64,000 nt of DNA, taken from assembly GCA_963675745.2 (NCBI GenBank), contig CAXXWX010000005.1, positions 1 to 64,000 of the forward strand, given 5' to 3'. This document shows, piece by piece, positions 8,334-17,812 of this stretch. Source of the DNA: Phycisphaerae bacterium (GTDB lineage Bacteria; Planctomycetota; Phycisphaerae; UBA1845; Fen-1342). Within the stretch, counting starts at the first letter, position 1; each line of letters opens with the position of its first letter. Under the pieces are notes generated by a model that saw only the letters and a list, made by a program, of their open reading frames with translations, had not been told where the DNA came from and made no database searches. Both the position numbers and the translations under genes were made by a program.

Positions 8334-9476
8334 TCATGTGCCCTGCCCCGGACCTAGGCCGAGGCCAGGCAGGTAGTCAGGTGGCAAGGCCGGCGGCCAT
8401 CCACCGGCGCCCGGCCCGCCGCCAGGCGTCAAGCTAATTGGCGTACACCAGTAACACAAGAGCGTAACAAACCAGTTGCAGTCGCAGTCCGCGCGCCTAG
8501 GCCCCGTACTGTTACAGATAATCGTCAGAGTACATCCATTGGGCACCTTGTAGAAACTATCAAGCGTGCCACCACCGATGTATACGCCATCGATGTGCGA
8601 ATTCTCTGGGCTCATACACCAAAACCACGTATTCGAGTCCTCGCTCAGACAGACCGCCGGCAGGCCACCTAGAGTTCCCGGCATCGTGAATCCCGAACAG
8701 CTGGTGTGAAAGATAACTGTGCCCAGGCCGCTCCAGTCAGTCGTGGCAGTAGGTGAGTCATGCAGGTATGCATACAGGTTGGTACCGTCCCTATAACCAA
8801 GTGGATCAGGCTGATCAAAGCGTTGTACCGGTGCGTGATATTCCCTCCACCGATTCTGATAGCCGCCCTTCTCCGCGTCGAACGGCAGCCCCTGATGCGC
8901 GAAGACGTTGCCGATCAGTGATGTCAGTCGCGCGTCGGCTTCGTTGTCTCCGCTGGCGGCGCCTTTGAGGACGGTGAAGGTGCCGTAGGGGGCGATCGTG
9001 TAGCGCTCTACTACCTGGCCGTTGGTTGGCGTGTTGGGGTCGTTGGGGTCGGGGCTGTAGGCCGTCAGGGCCTGGACGTTCCAGTTGCGGTCCTGGTGGA
9101 CGAAGTAGCGGGCGTCGGCTTCGACGTCGTTCGGATCCGCCACGTCGGGGTCGCAGTCGTTGCCGTTGGAGGCGTCGCCGTTGATGTCGATGCAGATCAG
9201 CTCGTCGGTGTAGCGCGTGCCCCAGACGTATTGACGGACGGTTTCGCTCGAGCCGTTGCGTTCCTCGATGATCCGCCAGCGGTTGTCGTAGTAATAATGC
9301 AGCGTGGTGTTGCCGCCGTCGTTGGGGACGTCCTCGACGCCGGAGTTGGTGACCACCTTCTGCGTCCGGCGGTTCTTGCCGTCGTATTCGTAGTCGGCGA
9401 TGGTGGTCGCGTCGTTCGGGTCGGACGCATCGTAGCGCTGCACCTGGCGCAAGCGGTTTTCCTTGCCACGCGGCAT
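8334..9476 (-). CDS. Orphan Rhs cassette A: Rhs-associated core plus unknown Cys-rich tip
   Basis: Homology to the other copies starts at 9458 (NRLRQVQRYD); core ends RFDQPDPLGYRDGTNLYAYLHDSPTATTDWSGL; tip has 9 Cys; possible ATG at 9476. The upstream part of ORF 8334..9815 runs through a repeat and is not credible protein. Confidence 0.8.
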   Translation of the reverse strand: MPRGKENRLRQVQRYDASDPNDATTIADYEYDGKNRRTQKVVTNSGVEDVPNDGGNTTLHYYYDNRWRIIEERNGSSETVRQYVWGTRYTDELICIDINGDASNGNDCDPDVADPNDVEADARYFVHQDRNWNVQALTAYSPDPNDPNTPTNGQVVERYTIAPYGTFTVLKGAASGDNEADARLTSLIGNVFAHQGLPFDAEKGGYQNRWREYHAPVQRFDQPDPLGYRDGTNLYAYLHDSPTATTDWSGLGTVIFHTSCSGFTMPGTLGGLPAVCLSEDSNTWFWCMSPENSHIDGVYIGGGTLDSFYKVPNGCTLTIICNSTGPRRADCDCNWFVTLLCYWCTPISLTPGGGPGAGGWPPALPPDYLPGLGLGPGQGT

Positions 9477-9627
9477 CGTTCGTGCCCTCATCTCGGACGA
9501 CATGCCTGGATACGTGTACATTCTAGCCTGCGCCGACCGCCATCGCCACGAATGCTGCACGAATGCCGCGTTGCGGGGTCCGTGACACTTGCGGCGGGAA
9601 TTTCGCGCCGGTGGTTTCCGAGTTGTT

Positions 9628-9811
9628 CGCCCCGCAGGGGCATCTGAACATAGCCCAGCACGCAGTGCTGGGTTTGCATCGCGCACCCGGTCGCCAAATC
9701 CCGTACGGGACGACTGAAAGCTCAGCCGTCCCGGTGGGACTGGGTCTTCACGTAGCCACGATTGCCCCAGTACTTCGTACTGGGCTAAGTTCATTGCGTC
9801 CCTGTGGGACG
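9628..9811. repeat. REPIN-like nested inverted repeat (about 184 bp)
   Basis: Left arm CGCCCCGCAGGGGCATCTGAACATAGCCCAGCACGCAGTGCTGGG pairs with right arm CCCAGTACTTCGTACTGGGCTAAGTTCATTGCGTCCCTGTGGGACG; inner pair TCCCGTACGGGACGACTGA / TCAGCCGTCCCGGTGGGA. Confidence 0.8.
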
Positions 9812-9974
9812 GCACCGCTACCGTCCGCCGATTGTGTCACGGGCCCCGCGTTGCGTTGGCAACCGCCAGGGTTCATTAGCCGAATGTTCGACATTCACTG
9901 CGAACCGTTTAGAATGTCGCCGCGCGGCGGGTTCGCCGCGGTTTTGAAGCGGATTTGTGGAAGGATGGTGCCTG

Positions 9975-12794
9975 ATGCTGACCGGCGCTGAAGTTCGTCG
10001 CGGTTTTATCGAGTTTTTCGAGGGCAAAAGCCACAAATTCGTGCCCAGCTCGCCGGTGGTTCCCCACGCCGACCCGACGCTGCTTTTTACCAACGCCGGC
10101 ATGAACCAATTCAAGCCCTACTTCCTCGGTACCGAGCACCCGAAGCACAAGCGCGCGGCCAACACGCAGAAGTGCATTCGGGCCGGCGGCAAACACAACG
10201 ATCTCGATGACGTCGGCCATGATACATACCACCACACCTTCTTCGAGATGCTCGGCAACTGGTCGTTCGGCGACTATTTCAAGAAGGAGGCCATCAACTG
10301 GGCCTGGGAGCTGCTGGTCGATGTCTGGGGTGTCGCGCCTGAGCGCCTGCACGCCACCTATTTCGAAGGCGATGACGCCGACGGCATCGAGCCGGACATG
10401 GAAGCGATGGAGCTGTGGGCCCATCTGCTGCCCGCCGGCCGCATTCATCCCGGTAACAAGAAAGACAACTTCTGGGAGATGGGCGACACCGGGCCGTGCG
10501 GGCCGTGCAGCGAAATCCACGTCGATCTGACGCCAGACAAGAGCGGGGCCGAGCTGGTCAACGCCGGCGACCCGCGCGTGATCGAGATCTGGAACCTGGT
10601 GTTCATCCAGTTCAACCGCGGCCCCGACGGTAAGCTGACCCCCCTGCCGGCCAAGCACGTTGACACGGGCATGGGCTTTGAACGCATTACCGCCTTGCTA
10701 CAGGGCAAGGACAGTAACTACGACACCGACATTTTCACGCCGCTATTCGAGGCGATCCGCGGCGTCACCGGGGCCCGTGCGTACCAGGGTCTGGTGCCGG
10801 GCGCGATTGAAGGCCAGGACGAGATTCTGATCGACACGGCCTATCGCGTCATCACCGACCACGTCCGCTGCCTGACGTTCGCGCTCACCGACGGGGCCGT
10901 GCCCGACAAGGACGGCCGCGGCTATGTCCTGCGGCGGATTCTACGCCGGGCCGTGCGTTACGGCTGGCAGCACTTCAACATGCACGAGCCGTTTCTGCAC
11001 AAGCTGGTGCCGACGGTCGTTGACACAATGGGCGAGGCGTTTCCGGAGCTGACGAAGAACCCGCAGCACGTAATCGACATCGTCCACGAAGAGGAGCAGT
11101 CATTCGGCCGCACGCTGGATCGCGGCATCGCGCTCTTCGAGGACGCCGCCGAAGCCGCCCGCAAGGGTCATCACCACGAAATCAACGGCGAAGACGCCTT
11201 CAAACTGCACGACACGTACGGCTTCCCGATCGACCTGACGCAGATCATGGCGGACGAAAAAGGCCTGCGCGTCGATATCGGCGAATACGAGCGTTTGATG
11301 GAGGAAGCACGCGAGCGGGCGCGGGGGACCGGCAGAGCCGAAGATGACGAGGAAGCACAACTAATACACGACGTGGCCGAGAAGGGTGAGCAGACGGACG
11401 ATGCCGGCAAGTATGACCGCTCACTCGAGTGCGATACCCGGCTGACGTCGCTCGCGTACGAAAAGAGACCCGGCGACACTGACTCCGCGAAAGAGGGGCA
11501 AACCGTCGCATTCACCACTGCTGAGACCTGTTTCTATGTCGAGGCCGGCGGGCAGGTTTCTGACACGGGACTCGCGACAACCGCCTCTGGTGAGATAGAA
11601 GTCTCGCGTGTCGAGCAACATGGGGCGGTAATCGTGCATTCAGGCAGGGTCGTGCGCGGCGAGATACAGCCTGGCGCCAAGTGCCACATGCGCGTGTCGC
11701 CGCGGCGGCTGTCAATCATGCAAAACCACACCGCCACGCACGTGCTCAACTGGGCCTTGCGCGAAGTGCTTGGCGACGGCGTGCAGCAGAAGGGGTCGCT
11801 GGTCGATGATGAGAAGACTCGGTTTGACTTCTCGCATTCGAGGGCCCTGACCGACGACGAGATTTCGCGCATCGAGGATCTCGTCAACGAGAAGATCGCG
11901 CAGAAGCTCGCCGTCCACGACGAGTACGTGCCGCAGGAGCAGGCCTTGAAGATCAAAGGTCTGCGGGCCGTCTTTGGCGAGAAATATCCTGAAACTGTCC
12001 GCGTGATGTCCATCGGCGTGCCGATCAAGGATCTGCTCGCCAGCCCCGACAGCGACGAGTGGCGTGACGTCTCGATCGAGTTCTGCGGCGGCACACATTG
12101 TGCCAACACCAGCGAGATTGAGCAGTTTGCGCTGACGACCGAGGAAGCCGTCGCCAAGGGCATCCGCCGCGTGGTGGGCGTGACCGGTGGCGCCGCCCGG
12201 CAAGCCCACAAGGCCGGCCAGGCGCTGGTTGACAAGGCCAAGGCGCTCCAGCAGACGTCCGGCGACACGTTGCCGCGCGGCATCGGCGAACTGCAACAAG
12301 CTCTCGCCGGCGCGACGATCACGCTGCGCCAACGCCACCAACTGCGCGACATGATCGCCGAGCTTCAGAAAGCCGCCAAAAAGCAGCAGAAGGAAGCGGC
12401 CAGCGACGCGGCTGAGGTCGTCAAGCAGAAGTGCAAAGAGCTGATCGCCGCCGCCGAGCACGTTGATGGCCATGCGCTCGTTGTCGGCGAAATGCCGGAT
12501 GTGCCGGTCGAGCAACTCAAGCACGGCGCCGACATGATCAAGCAGAAATGCCGATCGGCGGTGATCCTCTTTGGTGTCAAGGCCGGCGCCAAAGCCATGT
12601 TGCTCGCCGCGGTTACCGACGATCTCATCAAGCGCGGCATCAAGGCCGGCGACCTGGTAAAGGAAGCGGCCAAACACGTCAACGGCGGCGGCGGCGGCCC
12701 GCCCACGATGGCTCAAGCCGGCGGCAAGAATCCCGAGAAGCTCAACGAAGCCCTCGACGCCGGCCGCGCGTGGATCAAGGCCAAGCTGACGTAG
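9975..12794 (+). CDS. alaS: Alanine--tRNA ligase
   Basis: DPTLLFTNAGMNQFK, HHTFFEMLGNWSFGDYFK, NHTATH and EFCGGTH editing motifs, GGGGG DHHA1 tail; AAGGA before ATG 9975. Confidence 0.98.
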   Translation: MLTGAEVRRGFIEFFEGKSHKFVPSSPVVPHADPTLLFTNAGMNQFKPYFLGTEHPKHKRAANTQKCIRAGGKHNDLDDVGHDTYHHTFFEMLGNWSFGDYFKKEAINWAWELLVDVWGVAPERLHATYFEGDDADGIEPDMEAMELWAHLLPAGRIHPGNKKDNFWEMGDTGPCGPCSEIHVDLTPDKSGAELVNAGDPRVIEIWNLVFIQFNRGPDGKLTPLPAKHVDTGMGFERITALLQGKDSNYDTDIFTPLFEAIRGVTGARAYQGLVPGAIEGQDEILIDTAYRVITDHVRCLTFALTDGAVPDKDGRGYVLRRILRRAVRYGWQHFNMHEPFLHKLVPTVVDTMGEAFPELTKNPQHVIDIVHEEEQSFGRTLDRGIALFEDAAEAARKGHHHEINGEDAFKLHDTYGFPIDLTQIMADEKGLRVDIGEYERLMEEARERARGTGRAEDDEEAQLIHDVAEKGEQTDDAGKYDRSLECDTRLTSLAYEKRPGDTDSAKEGQTVAFTTAETCFYVEAGGQVSDTGLATTASGEIEVSRVEQHGAVIVHSGRVVRGEIQPGAKCHMRVSPRRLSIMQNHTATHVLNWALREVLGDGVQQKGSLVDDEKTRFDFSHSRALTDDEISRIEDLVNEKIAQKLAVHDEYVPQEQALKIKGLRAVFGEKYPETVRVMSIGVPIKDLLASPDSDEWRDVSIEFCGGTHCANTSEIEQFALTTEEAVAKGIRRVVGVTGGAARQAHKAGQALVDKAKALQQTSGDTLPRGIGELQQALAGATITLRQRHQLRDMIAELQKAAKKQQKEAASDAAEVVKQKCKELIAAAEHVDGHALVVGEMPDVPVEQLKHGADMIKQKCRSAVILFGVKAGAKAMLLAAVTDDLIKRGIKAGDLVKEAAKHVNGGGGGPPTMAQAGGKNPEKLNEALDAGRAWIKAKLT

Positions 12795-12846
12795 TCTGAC
12801 GCTCTGCCAGCGCGAGCCTGATCGGCTGCGCATCGACTGGAATGTG

Positions 12847-12908
12847 TGCTCTTGAGCAGTGCCGAGCCTTGGAGAAGACCCGGGACAAACTGCTCAAGTG
12901 CAGTGGCA
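12847..12908. repeat. REP-like doublet, TGCCACTGCTCTTGAGCAGTG family
   Basis: Inverted pair at 12847-12862 and 12889-12908; third copy at 31651-31672. Confidence 0.65.
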
Positions 12909-12943
12909 CCAGCATGTCAGTTCATTACCCTCGGGAGTGATCC

Positions 12944-15277
12944 ATGCACGCCTTCGTAGTTCTTGTGATCGTCGCCGCGATTCAAGACGCTCCGCCGCCG
13001 TTTCTGGGCGTTCAGACTGGTCTTTACAACGAGACCGTCGATGCTGACGGTACGGAGTACGCCGGCGGGTTGCTCATCATTGGCGTGGTGGCCGACAGCG
13101 CCGCCGAGGAGGCAGGTTTGTTGTCCGGCGACGCGCTGCTCGCGATCGACGGCACGCGTCTCGATGTCCCGGCCGATGAGCGTCAGGCGCTGTTTCAGAA
13201 GCTGATCCGCGCCAAGAGTGTCGGCGACACGCTCGAAATGCTCATCTTCCGTGACACGGTCATTACCAAGGCCATGCTCGACGGTGAACCGACTACGGCG
13301 CGCGAGGCGTGGGACAATCCGCGTGCCCTGATCGAGCCGCGCGACCCCGGCGCCAAACTCGAACTCTCGGCCGAACGCGTACGGGCCGTGCTGACTCTGA
13401 CGGCCACGCTGCGTGAGCGTCCCGAGCTTTCCGAATCAGCCCGGCCCATGCCCGCTAGCGCCGACATTTTCGCCGAGCCGGTGCCACTGCCCGCTGAGGC
13501 CGCGCTGGCCGACGAATTAACCGCGGAGTACGACGTCGCCGAAGCATACACAGACCTGCGAAACCGACTAGCGCAGCTCGTCGAAGCCGGCGACCAGTTT
13601 CGGCTGTCGCGGGTTGCCTACGCGATGCGTGAGCCCTTCGCGATGCCGGCGCTCTCTCAGCGCATCGCCGAGATGCCGTCAGATTTACCCGGCGCATTGC
13701 GCCACGCCGCCGAGTGGACCGACAGCGACCCCGGCCGCGGCCGACCGCGCCCGCTGCGCACCGGCCTGAGTCCGGAGGAGCACACGCAGCAGATTGCCCG
13801 CGTGCTCAAGAATGCGGATCGGCAACTGCAAAAGGCCTTCGAAGCGCTGACCGCCGATGACCGTGAGTTTCTCGCCGAAGAGCTGGACGAGTTTGGCGAC
13901 GCGTTTCGCGACGACATCATGATCTTGCGCGACACCGATCGCGAGCGCGTCGAGCGGTTGAAGCGGTTCGTCGAGTTGTCGCAGCGCGTTGACCGCGCCA
14001 GTCTCACGAAGGCCGCGCTATACCTGGCCACGCTGCTAGATAGCGAATACCTCGACGCATTGCAGCGCGATCTCGTGGTCGACGGCAAATCGTGGACCGG
14101 CACGACCGAGTCGGAATTCGGCCCGATTGTCATCGCCGGTCCGGGTGATGACTGGCACCAGAACTCCGCCGCGGTCCTCATCGACCTTGGCGGCGACGAC
14201 TGGTACACCTGCGCGGCGGCGCGGCCGTTCTCGGTGATTATCGACGTCGCGGGCAATGACAGCTATCAGGCGACGTTCCCGGTCGCGCACGGCGCCGGCA
14301 CGCTGGGTGTGGCGCTGCTGCTCGATCGCGGAGGCGATGATCGGTACATCACGCGCCGCTGGTCGCTCGGCTGCGGCGTGCTGGGTGTTGGCGTGTTGAT
14401 CGATGATGCGGGTGACGACATTTACCGCGGGGCCGCCTACTCGCAAGCCATGGCGTATTGCGGCACCGGCCTGCTCATCGACCGCCGCGGCAATGACCGC
14501 TACGACGCGCCGCGCTTTGCACAAGCCCTCGCCTTGCCCGGCGGTTTTGCGGCTCTGCTCGATGAGAGCGGCGACGATGAGTATTACTGCAAAGGGCGCG
14601 ACCTGGGTGCCTACGGCACGCCGGGCGTGTTTGCCGGCTGGGGTCAGGGCTGCGCATCGGGCCTGCGCGGGTTGGCCTCGGGCGGCATCGCCCTCCTGCG
14701 TGACGACGCCGGCGACGACGTTTACGAAGCCGGCAACTTCTCGCAAGGCGGCGGCTACTATTTCGGTTGGGGCTGCCTCGTCGATCGTGACGGCACCGAC
14801 ACGTATCTGGGCGAGCGCTACGCCCAGGCCTTCGCGGCCCACCAGGCCATCGGCTTTCTCGACGATGCCGCCGGCGATGACCGCTATTACGTCAGCCGGG
14901 GCGTGGGCCAGTCCTGCTCGTGGGATCAGACCATCACCGCCCTGCTCGATCACGCCGGCGACGATGTCTATTCCGGCGGCGGCTTCGGCCTGTGCGCGAG
15001 CGCGCACAACGGCTTTGCACTGATGATCGACTACGCCGGCCGCGATACATACCGTCAACACAACGGCAGCGTCCGCGCCGGCGGCAATGATTACCACGGC
15101 GGCGCGAGTCTCTCTCTTATGCTCGACCTTGGCGGCGACACGGACGACTACGCCGGTGATACTTCCCACAACAATCTCACCAGCCACGCCGGCGAGCATG
15201 GCTTCTTCATCGACTCCCCCGGCGACATGGCGCGCACCGCCGCCGGGTTTCGGGAGTGGAAACGCACCGAGAAATGA
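12944..15277 (+). CDS. Secreted PDZ-domain protein with many DxxGxDxY (putative Ca-binding) repeats
   Basis: Hydrophobic N-terminus; FLGV..V..DSAAEEAGLLSGD.L..IDG PDZ motif; more than 10 LxDxxGxDxY repeats. Confidence 0.8.
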   Translation: MHAFVVLVIVAAIQDAPPPFLGVQTGLYNETVDADGTEYAGGLLIIGVVADSAAEEAGLLSGDALLAIDGTRLDVPADERQALFQKLIRAKSVGDTLEMLIFRDTVITKAMLDGEPTTAREAWDNPRALIEPRDPGAKLELSAERVRAVLTLTATLRERPELSESARPMPASADIFAEPVPLPAEAALADELTAEYDVAEAYTDLRNRLAQLVEAGDQFRLSRVAYAMREPFAMPALSQRIAEMPSDLPGALRHAAEWTDSDPGRGRPRPLRTGLSPEEHTQQIARVLKNADRQLQKAFEALTADDREFLAEELDEFGDAFRDDIMILRDTDRERVERLKRFVELSQRVDRASLTKAALYLATLLDSEYLDALQRDLVVDGKSWTGTTESEFGPIVIAGPGDDWHQNSAAVLIDLGGDDWYTCAAARPFSVIIDVAGNDSYQATFPVAHGAGTLGVALLLDRGGDDRYITRRWSLGCGVLGVGVLIDDAGDDIYRGAAYSQAMAYCGTGLLIDRRGNDRYDAPRFAQALALPGGFAALLDESGDDEYYCKGRDLGAYGTPGVFAGWGQGCASGLRGLASGGIALLRDDAGDDVYEAGNFSQGGGYYFGWGCLVDRDGTDTYLGERYAQAFAAHQAIGFLDDAAGDDRYYVSRGVGQSCSWDQTITALLDHAGDDVYSGGGFGLCASAHNGFALMIDYAGRDTYRQHNGSVRAGGNDYHGGASLSLMLDLGGDTDDYAGDTSHNNLTSHAGEHGFFIDSPGDMARTAAGFREWKRTEK

Positions 15278-15652
15278 CACGGTGGACATGAATTGTGCAA
15301 ATCAACCGATCCGTCGGCCTGCGGCGCGCGTACCCATTACATTAGAGGCGCTCTTTTGTAGTTGATCGCGCCGCCACGATGCGTTTCAATGAGTGCGTGG
15401 GCTAACGGGTGGATGCAAACGCTGGAACGGGATTGAAGCCGACAGTGCGTGTCTGGATTTGCGCGCTGTGCCGCTGTTGTGGGAACAAAACATAGACGCG
15501 TGTAGTCAAAGTCTGTGCGACATTGGACGGGTACGTGAGTACAAGAGGTAACGCACAACCTGCTGTGTCGCGCAGCATTGGTGCCGGCGATGTGCGAGTC
15601 TTGATCGACGGCGTGGCGTTTGTTGGTCTGACAGCCCCTGGGAGGGAACGAT

Positions 15653-16261
15653 ATGCACGCTACCGCCATCTTCAAGCACGCCGTGATGGCCGGCCTGATC
15701 CCTGTCATTGCCTGTTTACTGGTCGGATGTCCGGCCGACACCTCCGGTTCCGACGACGCCGGCACGGTCCTTGACACCGCAGATCTCGCGAGCATGGGGG
15801 ATTCGTCGGTGCGCCTGCCGGTGAGCCACGGCGTGTTTGTGGGGACCGCCAACGGAACCGAACGGCTCATGGACACACGCACACGCTGCACGGTCTCGGA
15901 AGAGCCGATCGTGATTGAGTATAAGCTGCAACACACCGCTGAAGAGCGCTTCCTGGTGAATGGATACGAGGTTGGTCCGCGGCGGATCGTATCGGTCCCC
16001 GGCACGTGCGGCTTGCCCACCACCGATTTTGAATACTCCTCGCTGAGCATTGTTGCCAATGAAGTGCGACTGGTCGGAAATCTCACCTGCACTCACGACG
16101 ACGGCAACAGTTGGACCGGGCCCTTTGTCCTGTCCTTCTCGTGGATTGATGAAGACCACGTAGACTTCTACTACGAGATGCGCACGACCTGGGTGCAGGA
16201 CCCGGCGTATGAGAAGCTCGAAACCGGCAACGCCAGGCTGGCGCGCGTAGCGACGGACTAG
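15653..16261 (+). CDS. Hypothetical lipoprotein
   Basis: GGAGG RBS; signal peptide ending LLVGC. Confidence 0.65.
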   Translation: MHATAIFKHAVMAGLIPVIACLLVGCPADTSGSDDAGTVLDTADLASMGDSSVRLPVSHGVFVGTANGTERLMDTRTRCTVSEEPIVIEYKLQHTAEERFLVNGYEVGPRRIVSVPGTCGLPTTDFEYSSLSIVANEVRLVGNLTCTHDDGNSWTGPFVLSFSWIDEDHVDFYYEMRTTWVQDPAYEKLETGNARLARVATD

Positions 16262-16368
16262 TGCGGTTTCAGGCCGAGGGGGTCCGCGTCTCGCGCCGCG
16301 GCCCGCCAGGGAGTGTAACGGCCGGCGCCTCGCCGGCCGCCGGCCGCCGGAAACGTTGTTTCACATCG

Positions 16369-16395
16369 ACGGCCTGCGAGGCGCAGGCCGCTACA
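16369..16395. repeat. REP-like palindrome ACGGCCTGCGAGGCGCAGGCCGCTACA
   Basis: Identical 27-mer at 31693-31719; both copies lie between convergent genes. Confidence 0.75.
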
Positions 16396-16411
16396 ATGAT
16401 GTACGCGCTCA

Positions 16412-16456
16412 GGTGCCCCATGGCCTGCCAGGGTGCCCCATGGCTTGCCGTGGGGG
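16412..16456. repeat. REP-like palindrome GGGTGCCCCATGGCTTGCCGTGGGGG preceded by a partial copy
   Basis: Same unit at 19352-19378. Confidence 0.75.
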
Positions 16457-16489
16457 ACTGATTGTCTCTCTACAAGGCCAACCCGCCAC

Positions 16490-17812
16490 CTACAACGTAA
16501 ACGTGAAATCCTCGATCAACGCACCGGGTAACCGCGAGCTGGCCGTCGAGCGCGCGAAGTAGGTCTCCGCGTCAAGAAGGAACTCGCGCTCCGCGGTCAG
16601 CGCCTGCAAGTTTTCGCCCAGCGCGCGGTAGATCGTCTCGTCAAAACGCATCACGTTAAGCGGCCCCTTGATCACGCCGTTCTCAACCCAGAACGTGGCG
16701 AAACGCGTCATCCCGGTGGTGCGACAGGCATTGCGGTCGGAGTAGTTCAGATACCACAGGTTGCTGACATACACCCCGGTGCCGAGCTTGGACAACACGT
16801 CATCGACCGGCAGGTCACCGGCCGCGAGGTCCACTGACTCCGGCATTTCCCAGGCCGACGCGCCGTTGGTCTGAACGCCGTACTCTTTGGCCGAGCGTGG
16901 CGACACCAGACAGTCGCGATAGGCGCCGCGCTCGATCAGCGTGACCTGGTCGGGCCTGAGGAAGCCGGCGTCCTGGAAGTTCGGCGCGACGCCGCCCCGC
17001 GTGTTTTCCGCCAGCGTCACCGACGGGTGCAAACGCGCGTCGGCCTCGATCATCTTGATCAGCGTGGTCTGCTTGGTGCGGTGCATCTTTAATCCGAAGC
17101 CGGCCCACGCCAGCAGGCTGACCAGCTCGGCCAGCGCCGTCGGCGTCAGGTAGACGCGATAGCGCCCGGGTTTGATCGTCTCGGCCGCGTGGTCAAGCAC
17201 GCCAAGTTGCTGTTTGGCGCCGTTTACCTTGCGGTCAAACTCCGCCGGTTGCCACTCGAAGCCGGCATAGGCGGTTTTCACGGCCTTGTCGGCCTGTTTG
17301 TAAAAACTCCAATCAAAGTTGAAGCTGTGAGTAGTCTGCCAGTTGCGTTGGCCCAGCGAATTGGCAAAGCCCGAGTGGATGCCGCCGCCCGCATAAATAC
17401 CAACAAGGTCGCGTCCGCTGCCGGCCTGCTGAATCGCGTTAACCGCGTCCTCTGCCGGCGGCAGCTTGTTTTCGGCGATCCGCTCGGTCGACTGCACCTC
17501 GGTCGCGTACAGCAGGTGCGGGTCATCCGCCAGTTGGCCGCGCTTGTCACGCAGATCCTTGACCAGCGCGGCGATGCGCGGCCGGTCAAGCTCGAGATCG
17601 CCCGCCAGCGTCAAGTCGCCGGCCGCATGCCGTTGTCCGTCAATCAGGTCAACCGTGATCTTGCGCTGCACGACATTGCCGGCCTGACGCACCTGGTTCT
17701 TGTTGAACCGAACAAAGTCCGACGCTTCGCCGGAGAATGCGCACGTATAAATCTCGCTGCCGTGTAGCTGGTCACGCAGATAATCGGCGATCTGGTTGAA
17801 GTAATCCTGCAT
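16490..17812 (-). CDS. tldE: TldE/PmbA-family protein
   Basis: RFN.N.V.Q N-terminus, PGRYRVYLTP, LWYLNYSDR..TGMTR; translationally coupled to tldD. Confidence 0.85.
   Translation of the reverse strand: MQDYFNQIADYLRDQLHGSEIYTCAFSGEASDFVRFNKNQVRQAGNVVQRKITVDLIDGQRHAAGDLTLAGDLELDRPRIAALVKDLRDKRGQLADDPHLLYATEVQSTERIAENKLPPAEDAVNAIQQAGSGRDLVGIYAGGGIHSGFANSLGQRNWQTTHSFNFDWSFYKQADKAVKTAYAGFEWQPAEFDRKVNGAKQQLGVLDHAAETIKPGRYRVYLTPTALAELVSLLAWAGFGLKMHRTKQTTLIKMIEADARLHPSVTLAENTRGGVAPNFQDAGFLRPDQVTLIERGAYRDCLVSPRSAKEYGVQTNGASAWEMPESVDLAAGDLPVDDVLSKLGTGVYVSNLWYLNYSDRNACRTTGMTRFATFWVENGVIKGPLNVMRFDETIYRALGENLQALTAEREFLLDAETYFARSTASSRLPGALIEDFTFTL

Noticed and set aside
8110..8337. 75-aa ORF overlapping the cassette A stop (ATGA)
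   Set aside because: The position is suggestive, but there is no motif or hydrophobic segment; cannot be supported as a gene
389..9476. Diversity-generating retroelement explanation for the near-identical repeats
   Set aside because: No reverse transcriptase in the window, and the differences between copies look mostly synonymous and not adenine-restricted
389..9811. Integron cassette array
   Set aside because: No integrase and no recurring attC-like site at the cassette boundaries; the junction elements differ from each other
9477..9815. N-terminal extension of ORF 8334..9815
   Set aside because: Reads through the REPIN-like repeat; no Rhs homology or coding-like composition
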